A stretch of DNA of 64,000 bases. It comes from Deferribacterales bacterium. Lineage in GTDB: Bacteria; Chrysiogenota; Deferribacteres; Deferribacterales; Geovibrionaceae. The stretch lies in contig JBFWMA010000002.1 in assembly GCA_050251875.1 (NCBI GenBank), forward strand, positions 32,001-96,000, written 5' to 3'. Shown here piece by piece: positions 1 to 9,211 of the stretch. The notes beneath the pieces were generated by a model that made no database searches, was not told where the DNA came from, and saw only the letters and a program-made list of their open reading frames with translations. Each line of letters starts with the position of its first letter. Position 1 is the first letter of the stretch. The translations under genes and the position numbers were made by a program.

Positions 1-571
1 ATATTCCGCCGACAACGGTTCTGAGGATGTGGACTACATCCTGTCTTCCAAAAGAGCATATAACTTTTACCGCATACTGATAAAGAACAACATCAGCCAG
101 TCAGCCGTCATATCTTTCGGAAAGAGCTATCCCGCCGACAAAAAAGATATGCCTATGAACTATATAACTATATCTGTGAAAGACTCTGCCGAGGTATCTG
201 ACGGTGTGTATGACATCTTCACCAACTCAGACATATCTTTCAGAGGCAAAGGGCTGGAAAAAACATCAGAAACAGGCTCGCCGGACGCCGCATTTATGGG
301 AACACTCTCGCAGTATGCCCTGATGTCAAAGAAATCCGGTGATAATGTCGCTCTGGACGTTGTTAACTTCAGCTATGACAAAAAATCCGCCGTAGCCAAC
401 AAAGAGGCAAGCGACAAGAGAGCGGAGATAATAGCCGGCAAACTGAAAGAGATAGGCATGGGCAATGTGAAAATCACTTCATTCGGAATAGATTACGAAT
501 TGGGCGATGATATCGTAGACAGCGCTATGTCGCTGAAAAACAGAACCTATCTTATCATGCATACCAGATAA
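1..571 (+). CDS. 5'-truncated outer-membrane/periplasmic protein with C-terminal OmpA-like domain, probably the outer-membrane component of the T1SS operon
   Basis: Frame is open from position 2. It has OmpA-like segments (LSSKRA..., ANKEASDKRAEIIAGKL...SFG...KNR) and lies directly upstream of the T1SS ABC and HlyD genes. Confidence 0.55.
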   Translation, partial: YSADNGSEDVDYILSSKRAYNFYRILIKNNISQSAVISFGKSYPADKKDMPMNYITISVKDSAEVSDGVYDIFTNSDISFRGKGLEKTSETGSPDAAFMGTLSQYALMSKKSGDNVALDVVNFSYDKKSAVANKEASDKRAEIIAGKLKEIGMGNVKITSFGIDYELGDDIVDSAMSLKNRTYLIMHTR

Positions 572-579
572 GCGCTTTC

Positions 580-611
580 GCCGGAGGATTTTTTTGATCC
601 TCCGGCTTTTT
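580..611 (+). terminator. Intrinsic terminator-like hairpin inside the T1SS operon
   Basis: GCCGGAGGAT-N7-ATCCTCCGGC followed by TTTTT. Confidence 0.6.
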
Positions 612-628
612 ATTGACTCGGAGCTGTA

Positions 629-2749
629 ATGGAAAATATAGAGATTAATAACGAAAGCCTTTATAAGACTTTCATATTCTTCATTCATAAATACGCAAAA
701 AATATATCTGAAGCATCTGTTCTGACGGGTATCCCTGTAAAATACGGACAGAAAATCCCCGAAATGCTCTCTTTCTCAGGCGGAAAGAGCAACATCTCGC
801 TCATGGCGAAAAGATGCGGAATGAGAACTAAACTCATTGATAAAAATCCGGCGGATATAAATCCGGACGCGTTTCCCCTTATTGGTTTTGATAAAAGCGG
901 AATGTCTTTTGTAATCGAATATAACACTGACGGCACCTTCACACGCACAGCGGAGAGCGGCTCGTCAGAAAGATTATCACAGGCGGAGCTGAGAGATTCA
1001 TTCCTGACCTCAGCCCTGCTTCTTAAAAAAGAGCTGATAAAATCAGACGACACAAAAAAGGACAAGAAGTGGTTCTTCGAGGCGCTCTGGCTGTCCAGAT
1101 GGATATACGCCGATGTTCTCGCAGCGTCACTTTTCATCAACCTGTTCGGCATCGTTACCCCTCTCTTTACCATGAACGTATACGACCGCATAGTTCCCAA
1201 CCATGCGGTGGAGTCCCTGTGGGCTCTGTCCGCAGGCATTGTGATTGTCTTTATTTTTGATTTTGTGCTGAAATATCTCAGGCATCATTTTCTGGAAATA
1301 TCCGCCAAGAAGACGGACATGCTCCTTTCTGGCAAACTGTTTAAAAAGGTGATGGATCTCGGCATGAAAGACAGACCGAAGGTCATAGGCTCTTTTGCGT
1401 CAAACATCAAAGACTTTGATATGATTCGCAATTTCATGTCGTCCTCGTCCATATCCGTGTTCGTGGATTTTCCTTTTATGATTATCTTTCTTCTGCTGAT
1501 AAGCTACATAGCAGGGTTCATAGTCCTCATCCCCATAGCTATCAACATCATCACACTCGTGTATGCTTTCATCATCAAAAGACCGATGCAGAATCTGGTG
1601 CAGGAGAACTACACCATATCATCCCACAAGAACGGGATGCTCATAGAATCGCTGAAAATGATAGAAACGATAAAATCGTTCAATTTTCACAAGTATAAGA
1701 TGTGGGAATGGGACGAAACAGTGGCAAAGGCGGCCGATCATAGCAAAAAGCTGAAGAGCTATTCATATACGCTGAATACTTTTTTCAATTTCATGGTAAA
1801 CCTGAACACCGTGCTTATAGTCATAGCGGGCGTATATCTGATAGCCGACCTTAGGCTGACCACTGGCGGGCTGATAGCCAGCGTTATGCTGGGTTCCAGA
1901 ACCGTAGCTCCCCTCGGTCAGTTCATATCGCTGATAATCACATATGAGCAGGCAAAGGTAGCCTATGAAGGTATAGACAACATCATGCAGAAAGATTCCG
2001 AGATATTTGGCAAAGACACTTTTGTGGATATTCCCGACTTCAAAGGCGACATCGTTTTTAACAACGTGAGCTTTAAATATTTTGAAGAAGGAAATTACGC
2101 ATTACAAAACGTAAGCCTTCACATAAAAGCGGGCGAAAAAGTAGCTGTTCTGGGCAAGATGGGGTCAGGCAAAACCACACTCCAAAAGCTCCTGCTGGGA
2201 TTTTATAAACCCACGGACGGGGAAATTCTGCTGGACGGAATAAACGTGTCCCAGATAAACCCCGTGGCACTCAGAGACACCATCGCATACGTTCCCCAGA
2301 ATGTTGAGCTTTTCAGAGGGACGCTGAAGGACAATATCGTGCTGAGAAACACAGGCGCAGAGGATTCCGAGATTATTAACGCTCTGAACACCGCATGCCT
2401 CGGAGGCTTTATCAGCAGACATCCCAGAGGCATAGCCGCCGAGATTGACGAAGACGGACATAACCTTTCCGGCGGACAGAAACAGTCCATCACCATCGCC
2501 AGAGCTTTCATAGGCAAGAGCCGCATAGCCCTCCTGGACGAACCCACGGACGGCATCGACTTCAACACGGAAGCCCAGATTATCAGCAATCTTCAGACGG
2601 CGTTGAAAGACAAAACCGTCTTTCTCATCACCCATAAAAACAATCTGCTGAAGATGGTGGACAGGGTGATAGTGCTGGACGAGGGCAGAGTGGTTTTTGA
2701 CGGTGCGAAAGAGGATATGTTCAGGAAATTTACAGAGAAGGTGTCTTAA
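629..2749 (+). CDS. Type I secretion ABC permease/ATPase (HlyB/LapB/LssB family)
   Basis: TM domain with PLFTMNVYDRIVP, Walker A GKMGSGKT, signature LSGGQKQ, Walker B LLDEPT, degenerate C39-like N-terminus. Confidence 0.95.
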   Translation: MENIEINNESLYKTFIFFIHKYAKNISEASVLTGIPVKYGQKIPEMLSFSGGKSNISLMAKRCGMRTKLIDKNPADINPDAFPLIGFDKSGMSFVIEYNTDGTFTRTAESGSSERLSQAELRDSFLTSALLLKKELIKSDDTKKDKKWFFEALWLSRWIYADVLAASLFINLFGIVTPLFTMNVYDRIVPNHAVESLWALSAGIVIVFIFDFVLKYLRHHFLEISAKKTDMLLSGKLFKKVMDLGMKDRPKVIGSFASNIKDFDMIRNFMSSSSISVFVDFPFMIIFLLLISYIAGFIVLIPIAINIITLVYAFIIKRPMQNLVQENYTISSHKNGMLIESLKMIETIKSFNFHKYKMWEWDETVAKAADHSKKLKSYSYTLNTFFNFMVNLNTVLIVIAGVYLIADLRLTTGGLIASVMLGSRTVAPLGQFISLIITYEQAKVAYEGIDNIMQKDSEIFGKDTFVDIPDFKGDIVFNNVSFKYFEEGNYALQNVSLHIKAGEKVAVLGKMGSGKTTLQKLLLGFYKPTDGEILLDGINVSQINPVALRDTIAYVPQNVELFRGTLKDNIVLRNTGAEDSEIINALNTACLGGFISRHPRGIAAEIDEDGHNLSGGQKQSITIARAFIGKSRIALLDEPTDGIDFNTEAQIISNLQTALKDKTVFLITHKNNLLKMVDRVIVLDEGRVVFDGAKEDMFRKFTEKVS

Positions 2750-4081
2750 GTGTTTAAGTCAGTTAAGCTGAAAGAAGCAGATTTTATATCCATAGAAAAC
2801 GCGTCACTCTATGAAACGCATTCGAAACCGTCCCGAATGATACTGTGGGGAATAATCCTGTTTATACTTTCGATCACCCTATGGGCGTCACTGGCTCAGG
2901 TGGACGAAATAGTCCGCAGCAGCGGTAAAATTATTCCGTCCAGACACGTTCAGGTCATCCAGAACCTCGAAGGAGGGATAGTGGCGAATATTTACGTTCA
3001 GCCGGGCGATGTGGTTTCTAAGGGGCAGAAGCTGATAAAAATAGACAACAAGGTCTATGAAACAGGTCTGGGAGAAAACACCGTCAGCGCAAACGGATTA
3101 AAAGCGAGAGCCGTCAGGCTGTATGCAGAAAGCAACGGGCTTTCCATGGCTGATGCGCAGAAGAGGCTGAAGTATATGGATATTCCAAAAGAGCTTTTTC
3201 TGAACGAGACAGACCTCTATAACAAAGACATGAGCGCTCTGAAAACCGATAAATATATCATTCAGGAACAGATTAATCAGGTGGTGATACGCAATCAGGA
3301 GCTGACATCCAGAATAAAAAGCCTGAAAGACACTCTGGAACTCACCAACAGAGAGATTTCCATGACAGAGCCGATGGTTTACAGAGGCGCCGCCTCCAAA
3401 GTGGATCTGATTAAGCTGAAAAAAGAATATACATCAACCGCTTCGGATATTGAATCATCTCAGATTAAGATGCGGGAGAATACCGCCAGCGTTCAGGAAT
3501 ACAGACAGAAACTGAACCAGAAAGACAGCGAATTCCGCAGTAAGGCGCAGGAGAACTATAACCTGGCGTCTGCGGACATCAATAAATTATCCGAGAAGAT
3601 CAGCGGATTTGAGGATCAGGTCTCCAGAAGCGAAGTCGTCTCACCCGTGGAAGGCATCGTCAAACAGGTGTATATCAACACTCTGGGGGGCGTAATCAAG
3701 CCCGGCATGGACATTATGGAGATAGTGCCTCTGGGCGATAAGCTGGAGGTGGAGGCGAAGATCAAGCCTTCGGACATCGGATTTATCCACGAAGGGCAGA
3801 AAGCGCTGATTAAGCTGACGGCATTCGATTTCAGCATATACGGCGGACTGGAAGCAGTGGTGACCCATGTCAGCCCCGACACCACCGTGAACGAGGACGA
3901 GGTATATTACATCGTTAAATTGCAGACTGATTCCAGCGTGATAGTAAAAAACGGCATAAAGCACAAAATCATCCCGGGGATGATTGTCTCAGCGGACATC
4001 ATCACTGGGAAAAAGAGCATCATGAGCTATATCCTGAAACCGATCCTGAAAACCAAACAGGCGGCTTTCACCGAAAGATAA
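2750..4081 (+). CDS. HlyD-family T1SS membrane fusion protein
   Basis: N-terminal TM helix, VQVIQNLEGGIV, coiled coil, SPVEGIV, IIPGM...DIITGKKSIMSYILKP. Confidence 0.95.
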   Translation: MFKSVKLKEADFISIENASLYETHSKPSRMILWGIILFILSITLWASLAQVDEIVRSSGKIIPSRHVQVIQNLEGGIVANIYVQPGDVVSKGQKLIKIDNKVYETGLGENTVSANGLKARAVRLYAESNGLSMADAQKRLKYMDIPKELFLNETDLYNKDMSALKTDKYIIQEQINQVVIRNQELTSRIKSLKDTLELTNREISMTEPMVYRGAASKVDLIKLKKEYTSTASDIESSQIKMRENTASVQEYRQKLNQKDSEFRSKAQENYNLASADINKLSEKISGFEDQVSRSEVVSPVEGIVKQVYINTLGGVIKPGMDIMEIVPLGDKLEVEAKIKPSDIGFIHEGQKALIKLTAFDFSIYGGLEAVVTHVSPDTTVNEDEVYYIVKLQTDSSVIVKNGIKHKIIPGMIVSADIITGKKSIMSYILKPILKTKQAAFTER

Positions 4082-4112
4082 AAAAAGCCCTGTCTTTTTA
4101 TAGGGCTTTTTT
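4081..4112. terminator. Intrinsic terminator with bidirectional geometry
   Basis: AAAAAAGCCCT-N10-AGGGCTTTTTT. Confidence 0.8.
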
Positions 4113-4277
4113 CGTTTCTGAGATATGATTATGATGAACCCGCTAGATTTGTCTTCAACGTTTTGTCCTTAAAGAAACTTAGTAATAAATTTTGCGCTAA
4201 ATTGCGTGATTTCCAGACTCTCCATTTTTTATATGATACTATTTTTGATGACGTTATAATTTCTTAAGAGGTGCAGG

Positions 4278-5039
4278 ATGAGCAGATTTATTTTTTTGTG
4301 TTTGACTGTTTTTATAGCTTCTTACGGTTTTGCGGGTCAGAAGAATATGAAGATGAGAGTTCCCGCGGAAGAGGTTGACACCACCGAGATTTTTTCAACA
4401 GGAATTATCCCCGGATTTTATAATAACGCCGACTGTACAGGGATTTCGTCACTATTTGCATCGCCCACAAGATATGACGGAAGCCGGAGACCGAATTTCA
4501 GAAATAATGGTCTTCACGGCGGGCTTGATCTTTCTCTTGAACCTGGAACGCCTCTTTTGGCATTTGCCTCTGGCACAGTCATCAGCAAAGGGATGGGAGG
4601 AATGATGACCGGAATCTTTATCTGGACAATCCATACGCCTGAAGACACAGGACTTCCTTTTTATCTCTTTTCAAAATATCAGCACCTCAGCGAGGAGGCG
4701 AATATTTCTGTCGGAGACAGAGTTAAAACAGGCGATGTTATAGGATTTTCAGGTAAGACAGGCACAGAGGGCGGATATTACGGCAGCAGAGGCTATCCCC
4801 ACTTACACTGGACGATTTTTGCGGCAGCATCAGATGAGTATAAGGTGAAGGGCGATAAAGTAATGACAAAAGGCTATCTCGTTGATCCTCTGATTGTTTA
4901 TATCAAAGGTCTTAACTCAGTCGAGCAGAGTATACATCCGGAAGAATCGCAGAAAAATCCTGAGATACCATATGAAATTGAGAACGGCGCTCTGTACCCG
5001 GCTGATGCAAAATTTGTCTGGCCCGTGCGCTGTAAATGA
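4278..5039 (+). CDS. Secreted M23 family metallopeptidase
   Basis: Signal peptide; HGGLD (HxxxD), YQHLS and PHLH motifs. Confidence 0.85.
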   Translation: MSRFIFLCLTVFIASYGFAGQKNMKMRVPAEEVDTTEIFSTGIIPGFYNNADCTGISSLFASPTRYDGSRRPNFRNNGLHGGLDLSLEPGTPLLAFASGTVISKGMGGMMTGIFIWTIHTPEDTGLPFYLFSKYQHLSEEANISVGDRVKTGDVIGFSGKTGTEGGYYGSRGYPHLHWTIFAAASDEYKVKGDKVMTKGYLVDPLIVYIKGLNSVEQSIHPEESQKNPEIPYEIENGALYPADAKFVWPVRCK

Positions 5040-5079
5040 GAGCTATATTCTTTGTAGCTATAACAGTTTGAATCTCCTG

Positions 5080-5982
5080 TTATGTAATGTCCCAGTCCTG
5101 TTCCAGATTCTCTTTGCAGAATCTGAGGAAATTTGCGGCAACGGCGGACAGGTTTCTGTTTTTGAGCGTTACTATTGATTTTTGCAGTTTATGTGCGTCT
5201 CCCCTGACGGGTATGCACAGCATATCATCTTCCACAGTGTCCATAACTCCGGCGGGAACGATGGCAACTGCCTCGCCGGATTTTGCCAGCTCAACACAGC
5301 TTTGCCTCAGCACAGCGGTGCTGATGATATCTGCCTTTTCGTTTATCTCATAGAACGAGTTTTTCAACGCCTCCCGGTATGTTCTGTTAACGCAGATAGG
5401 GACGCCCACAAGGTCTCTTACCGATAGGCTGTCCGAGGGTTCTTTTATCCACGGGTTGTCTTTCAGAAAGATGGCACTCATTACCTCTTCTTCCATCAGG
5501 TAATAGTTGAACAGGTGGGGAGATTTCAGAGGCGCTCTGATAACAACTATTTCACAAATGCCTGTTATGAGCAGTTCGCCGATCTTTCCGGTTACCAGTT
5601 CATACAGTTCCAGAGTGACATTGGAATATTTCCTTCTGAAATCAATCAGCAGACGGTTGATGACCTGTTCGGAGATGGAAGGCGCGATACCGATGCTCAG
5701 AACCCCTGAAAGCCCTCTGTTAATGTCGTTTATCTCTTTTGCGGCGGCATCTTCCAGCTCGCACAGATATTTCGCTTTTTCATAAAGCAGCTTCCCGGCA
5801 TCGGTCACTTTTATCCGGCGCACCCCCCGCTTGGTCTGAATCAGCTCCGCTCCGAACTTTTCTTCCAGAAGTCTGATCTGGTTTGTCAGCGCCGGCTGAG
5901 CGATGTTCAGTCTGCTGGCGGCGGCGGTGAGGTTCTCTTCGTCTATTATGACAACATAGTTTCTGTAGATATCGAGATTCAT
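5080..5982 (-). CDS. LysR-family transcriptional regulator
   Basis: HTH NLTAAASRLNIAQPALTNQIRLLE; start moved to ATG 5982 (MNLDIY). Confidence 0.92.
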   Translation of the reverse strand: MNLDIYRNYVVIIDEENLTAAASRLNIAQPALTNQIRLLEEKFGAELIQTKRGVRRIKVTDAGKLLYEKAKYLCELEDAAAKEINDINRGLSGVLSIGIAPSISEQVINRLLIDFRRKYSNVTLELYELVTGKIGELLITGICEIVVIRAPLKSPHLFNYYLMEEEVMSAIFLKDNPWIKEPSDSLSVRDLVGVPICVNRTYREALKNSFYEINEKADIISTAVLRQSCVELAKSGEAVAIVPAGVMDTVEDDMLCIPVRGDAHKLQKSIVTLKNRNLSAVAANFLRFCKENLEQDWDIT

Positions 5983-6106
5983 TATTTTTCTCAAAGTATA
6001 ATATTTAGTTATATTATAAATCAAAAAATAATATTTTCATTATATTTTCTCAGGATGTATATTTACGCAGAAACCGGTTTCTGATCTGTTTATATGGAGC
6101 GGTAAA

Positions 6107-6322
6107 ATGATAAACATTCAGAAACTATGTCCGAAAGAACCTCTTCTCTGCGGTATTATACTCAAATTCGTAATGATCGGCGCTATGGTTGTGTCCGGAG
6201 CAGTCTTCCACGGTATACTGACCGGTGTCTGGCAGGATTCTGTAAAATATTGTCTGTTTTTGTTATCAGCGGTTGTTCTGTTCGCCATATCAGAATATCT
6301 GAGCATAAAAAGGCTTAAATAA
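6107..6322 (+). CDS. Small two-TM membrane protein, hypothetical
   Basis: GGAG RBS upstream, two hydrophobic helices, divergent from the LysR gene. Confidence 0.5.
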   Translation: MINIQKLCPKEPLLCGIILKFVMIGAMVVSGAVFHGILTGVWQDSVKYCLFLLSAVVLFAISEYLSIKRLK

Positions 6323-6355
6323 TGTTGACAACTGTCAAACTTCTGTAATGATTAT

Positions 6356-8020
6356 ATGTGCGCTTATTTCATTGCGGAGTCAGACTTGCCGTCACCCAGC
6401 TATATTTTTAACTCAGTTGCCCTGTCGCAGGGCGTCGGACTTATTATTTCATTAGTAATCCTTTTTTTCTCAGTGAAGGAGTCTGAAAAGCCCGTTCTGA
6501 AATATTATTCTCTTTCCGTGGCGATAAAATGCGTATATCTGATCGGTCTCATAATGCAGTCCATGGCTGTTTCTCTGGAGCTGAAAATCTTCTGGGCAGA
6601 TATAAAGACTTCCGCCGGGCTGTTCCTGCCGTATTTCTGGCTTATCATCACCACTCTGTTCACCCTGAAAAGACTACCTTCAAAATCGGTCATGACTCTT
6701 CTGTTTTTCGTGCCTCTAGTGAACATAGCGGTGCTCTATTCCGATCCTTATTTACATCTATATAGAATATCCTCGGAGATGGTGCACGGTATCGGCACAT
6801 ATTATCAGCTGCATCCAACGTTCGGACCCTGGTTTTATACAGTGACTTTAGCGTCTATATACGCTCCGCTTATTTTCTCCGTATTGCTTCTGCTTTATGC
6901 TTTTTCCACTGCCGGCAGATACGGGCGCATGCCGTACGGGCTTCTGCTGGCGCTGACGGTGCTGTCTATACTGCTTACCGCTCCGGTGTTCAGACAGTCG
7001 TCCCCATATGATGTGTTCGGGCTGTTGTCTCCCATAAGCCTCATCCTTAATTTTATGGTGCTTAAGAGATACAGTTTCATGGATATGATACCCATGGCTC
7101 AGAAGACAGCCTTTGACATAATAGATTCAGCCGTTTTCATTTACGATACTAAAGGCAGGCTGGTGGACGCAAACAAAGCCGGAGAAAAACTGAAATCAGT
7201 TATTCCTGCTGACGATGCCTATCAGCTTTGCGGTTATTTCAGCGGAACGGACAGGGCAGAGCCTGTGCCTCAGAAGCTGATGACAGCGAAGGCGGACGAC
7301 AGATGCTATTCCGCCGTGTTCTATCAGGTGATGCACAACAACCGTGTGACAGAAGGCTATGTGGTTCTGGTCAGTGACGTGACCGAAAACATGAAGCTGG
7401 CGGAAATAGAGAAGGAAAAAGAGGTAGTATATCAGAAAGGTCTGATAATAAGCGACATACACGACAGCATCAGCGGCAGTGTGGGCATAATAGGCATGAT
7501 AGCCGAAAACATGCTGGACAGCGAAGAGGCGGACACTGAGTCTGTAAAAAGGATAAAGAGCATAGCGGACGACACCCATAAAGAGGTGCGGTTTATGATG
7601 AACACCTATGACAGACAAAACCCGACATATGAAGAGATGTCCGGCGATATCAGGCATATAGGCAATATTATGACGGAAGACAGCGGCATGGCGTTCAGCC
7701 TTAAAGAGGAGATAGCCGAAGATCTCATGAAAACGGTGGTTCCGTTCGGAATATATGTCAATATTATCAGGTTTTTTAAAGAGTGTGTGGTGAACGCCGT
7801 GAAACATTCCGGCGCATCTGAGCTCAATTCTGTGATAAAAATATCTGACGGGGATATAATAATAGAGGTCAGAGACAACGGCACAGGATTTCCGGCGGAC
7901 GTGAAAAAGGGTCGTGGACTCAAAAATATGTCCAGACGGATGGATATGGTTGAGGGAACTCTGAATATAAAAAGCGACAGCGGGACTGAGATCACATGCA
8001 GAATCCCGATAAAGGATTAA
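6356..8020 (+). CDS. Membrane sensor histidine kinase (7TM N-terminus, PAS-like, HisKA_3-like, HATPase)
   Basis: Multiple TM helices, SDIHDS H-box, NAVKHS N-box, DNGTGF, GRGLKNM; exact start uncertain. Confidence 0.9.
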   Translation: MCAYFIAESDLPSPSYIFNSVALSQGVGLIISLVILFFSVKESEKPVLKYYSLSVAIKCVYLIGLIMQSMAVSLELKIFWADIKTSAGLFLPYFWLIITTLFTLKRLPSKSVMTLLFFVPLVNIAVLYSDPYLHLYRISSEMVHGIGTYYQLHPTFGPWFYTVTLASIYAPLIFSVLLLLYAFSTAGRYGRMPYGLLLALTVLSILLTAPVFRQSSPYDVFGLLSPISLILNFMVLKRYSFMDMIPMAQKTAFDIIDSAVFIYDTKGRLVDANKAGEKLKSVIPADDAYQLCGYFSGTDRAEPVPQKLMTAKADDRCYSAVFYQVMHNNRVTEGYVVLVSDVTENMKLAEIEKEKEVVYQKGLIISDIHDSISGSVGIIGMIAENMLDSEEADTESVKRIKSIADDTHKEVRFMMNTYDRQNPTYEEMSGDIRHIGNIMTEDSGMAFSLKEEIAEDLMKTVVPFGIYVNIIRFFKECVVNAVKHSGASELNSVIKISDGDIIIEVRDNGTGFPADVKKGRGLKNMSRRMDMVEGTLNIKSDSGTEITCRIPIKD

Positions 8021-8021
8021 G

Positions 8022-8666
8022 ATGAACACTGGAAAGATAGCCGACATAATAATAGTAGAAGACGACATAAAGCTGGCTGGACTGTTAAAGTCCATGCTGG
8101 AGGCTTCATCCGAATATAACTGTCTGGGCGTGGTAGACAGTTTTGAGCAGTGTGTCTCTCTGCTGAAAATCAGTCAGCCGGACATAATAGTGGTGGATAT
8201 AGACCTCAGCTCCGAAACCAGCGGAATAGAGATAATCAGATATGTCTCAGAAAACTGTCCCGACACGGAAGTTCTTGTGCATACTGTTCACGAGGACAAC
8301 GAAACCCTTTTCGAGGCTTTGCGCATGGGCGCCAGCGGATACATTCTGAAGAGTTCGTCCCCTCTGGAGTTTCTCACATATCTTAAGCAGATGCAGAAGG
8401 GAGAGGTGCCGATCAGCCCGAAAATAGCCAGAAGGATACTCTCATTCTTCAACGAACAGAAACAGGAGGAGTGCGAACCGCTGTCCTCCAGAGAGATAGA
8501 GGTTCTGCGCATGGCAGACAAGGGGTATACATATAAGCAGATAGCCGACCTGACAGGCATCAGCAGACACACCGTGCATGCCCACCTGAAACAGGTGTAT
8601 TTCAAACTGCATGTCACATCCAAAACCGAAGCTCTGAAAAAAGCGAGAAAAATGACCCTTCTCTGA
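8022..8666 (+). CDS. NarL/FixJ-family response regulator
   Basis: Receiver (VEDD, VVDID, GASGYILK) plus LuxR HTH LSSREIEVL...TVHAHLKQVYFKLHV. Confidence 0.95.
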   Translation: MNTGKIADIIIVEDDIKLAGLLKSMLEASSEYNCLGVVDSFEQCVSLLKISQPDIIVVDIDLSSETSGIEIIRYVSENCPDTEVLVHTVHEDNETLFEALRMGASGYILKSSSPLEFLTYLKQMQKGEVPISPKIARRILSFFNEQKQEECEPLSSREIEVLRMADKGYTYKQIADLTGISRHTVHAHLKQVYFKLHVTSKTEALKKARKMTLL

Positions 8667-8696
8667 TTTTATTATTGTTCCCCTCTCTTAATCAGG

Positions 8697-8730
8697 AAAT
8701 CTCTCCAAACCTCCCTTCGAAAAGGGAGGC
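8697..8730. repeat. REP-like palindromic hairpin
   Basis: AAATCTCTCCAAA-CCTCCCTT-CGAA-AAGGGAGG with no U-tract. Confidence 0.4.
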
Positions 8731-8749
8731 TTAATGTGAATATTTTTTT

Positions 8750-8890
8750 CGCGTATTACCAATCGATGGCAATATCTCTATTCAAAAAAAGCCTTAATTA
8801 TCAGTAAAACCTTTTCCATGTCAGTCTGTTCAGCGTCAGAAAAATACCCCACGGCGGGCAATTGTCATGCTTTGATACGAGAGATATAAT
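8750..8890 (+). promoter_or_regulatory. Promoter module copy 1: distal box, proximal box and sigma70 promoter
   Basis: TACCAATCGATGGCA (8757-8771); TACCCCACGGCGGGCA (8845-8860); TTGTCA (8862-8867)-17 bp-TATAAT (8885-8890). Confidence 0.75.
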
Positions 8891-8895
8891 CAGCG

Positions 8896-9021
8896 TCAGT
8901 TATGTAGTAAGTATCTTTTATCGGCTTTCTCGGGATACATTCCCGGAGGTCTAATGTGGGAAACCCCAATCGTCTCATACAAAAAAAACTCCTCATCGTG
9001 TAAATGCCGGGGAGTTTTTTT
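8896..9021 (+). ncRNA. Candidate small RNA or gene-less remnant transcript
   Basis: Lies between a near-consensus sigma70 promoter and a terminator; internal hairpin CGGGA-TACAT-TCCCG; no substantial ORF fits inside. Confidence 0.4.
8981..9021 (+). terminator. Intrinsic terminator
   Basis: AAAAAAAACTCCTC-N14-GGGGAGTTTTTTT. Confidence 0.65.
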
Positions 9022-9034
9022 ATTTTCTCATTAC

Positions 9035-9174
9035 GCAGATACCAATAGGGGGTAATATTGTTCATCTGACAAAATCCTTATTTATCAACGGACCTTATTA
9101 AAAATCTACACGTTATATCCATAAAAAATACCCAATTGCGGGCAATTGTCATCCTTTAGCGCACGAAATATAAT
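9035..9174 (+). promoter_or_regulatory. Promoter module copy 2, driving the DUF1566 lipoprotein gene
   Basis: TACCAATAGGGGGTA (9040-9054); TACCCAATTGCGGGCA (9129-9144); TTGTCA (9146-9151)-17 bp-TATAAT (9169-9174). Confidence 0.8.
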
Positions 9175-9211
9175 TAAATGTTTTTATAATGCGTTATTTG
9201 GAGGGATTTCT

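Noticed and set aside
8896..9021. c-di-GMP riboswitch or CsrB-type identity for the short transcript
   Set aside because: No GEMM consensus is visible, and its GGA motifs are mostly not A(N)GGA in loops.
8954..9055. 33-aa ORF MWETPIVSYKK... after GGAGGT
   Set aside because: SD-to-ATG spacing is only 3 nt and the frame runs through the terminator into the next promoter box. A leader-peptide role is not formally excluded.
9146..9211. ORF-track start at TTG 9146
   Set aside because: That TTG is the -35 hexamer; the RBS and signal peptide support ATG 9212.
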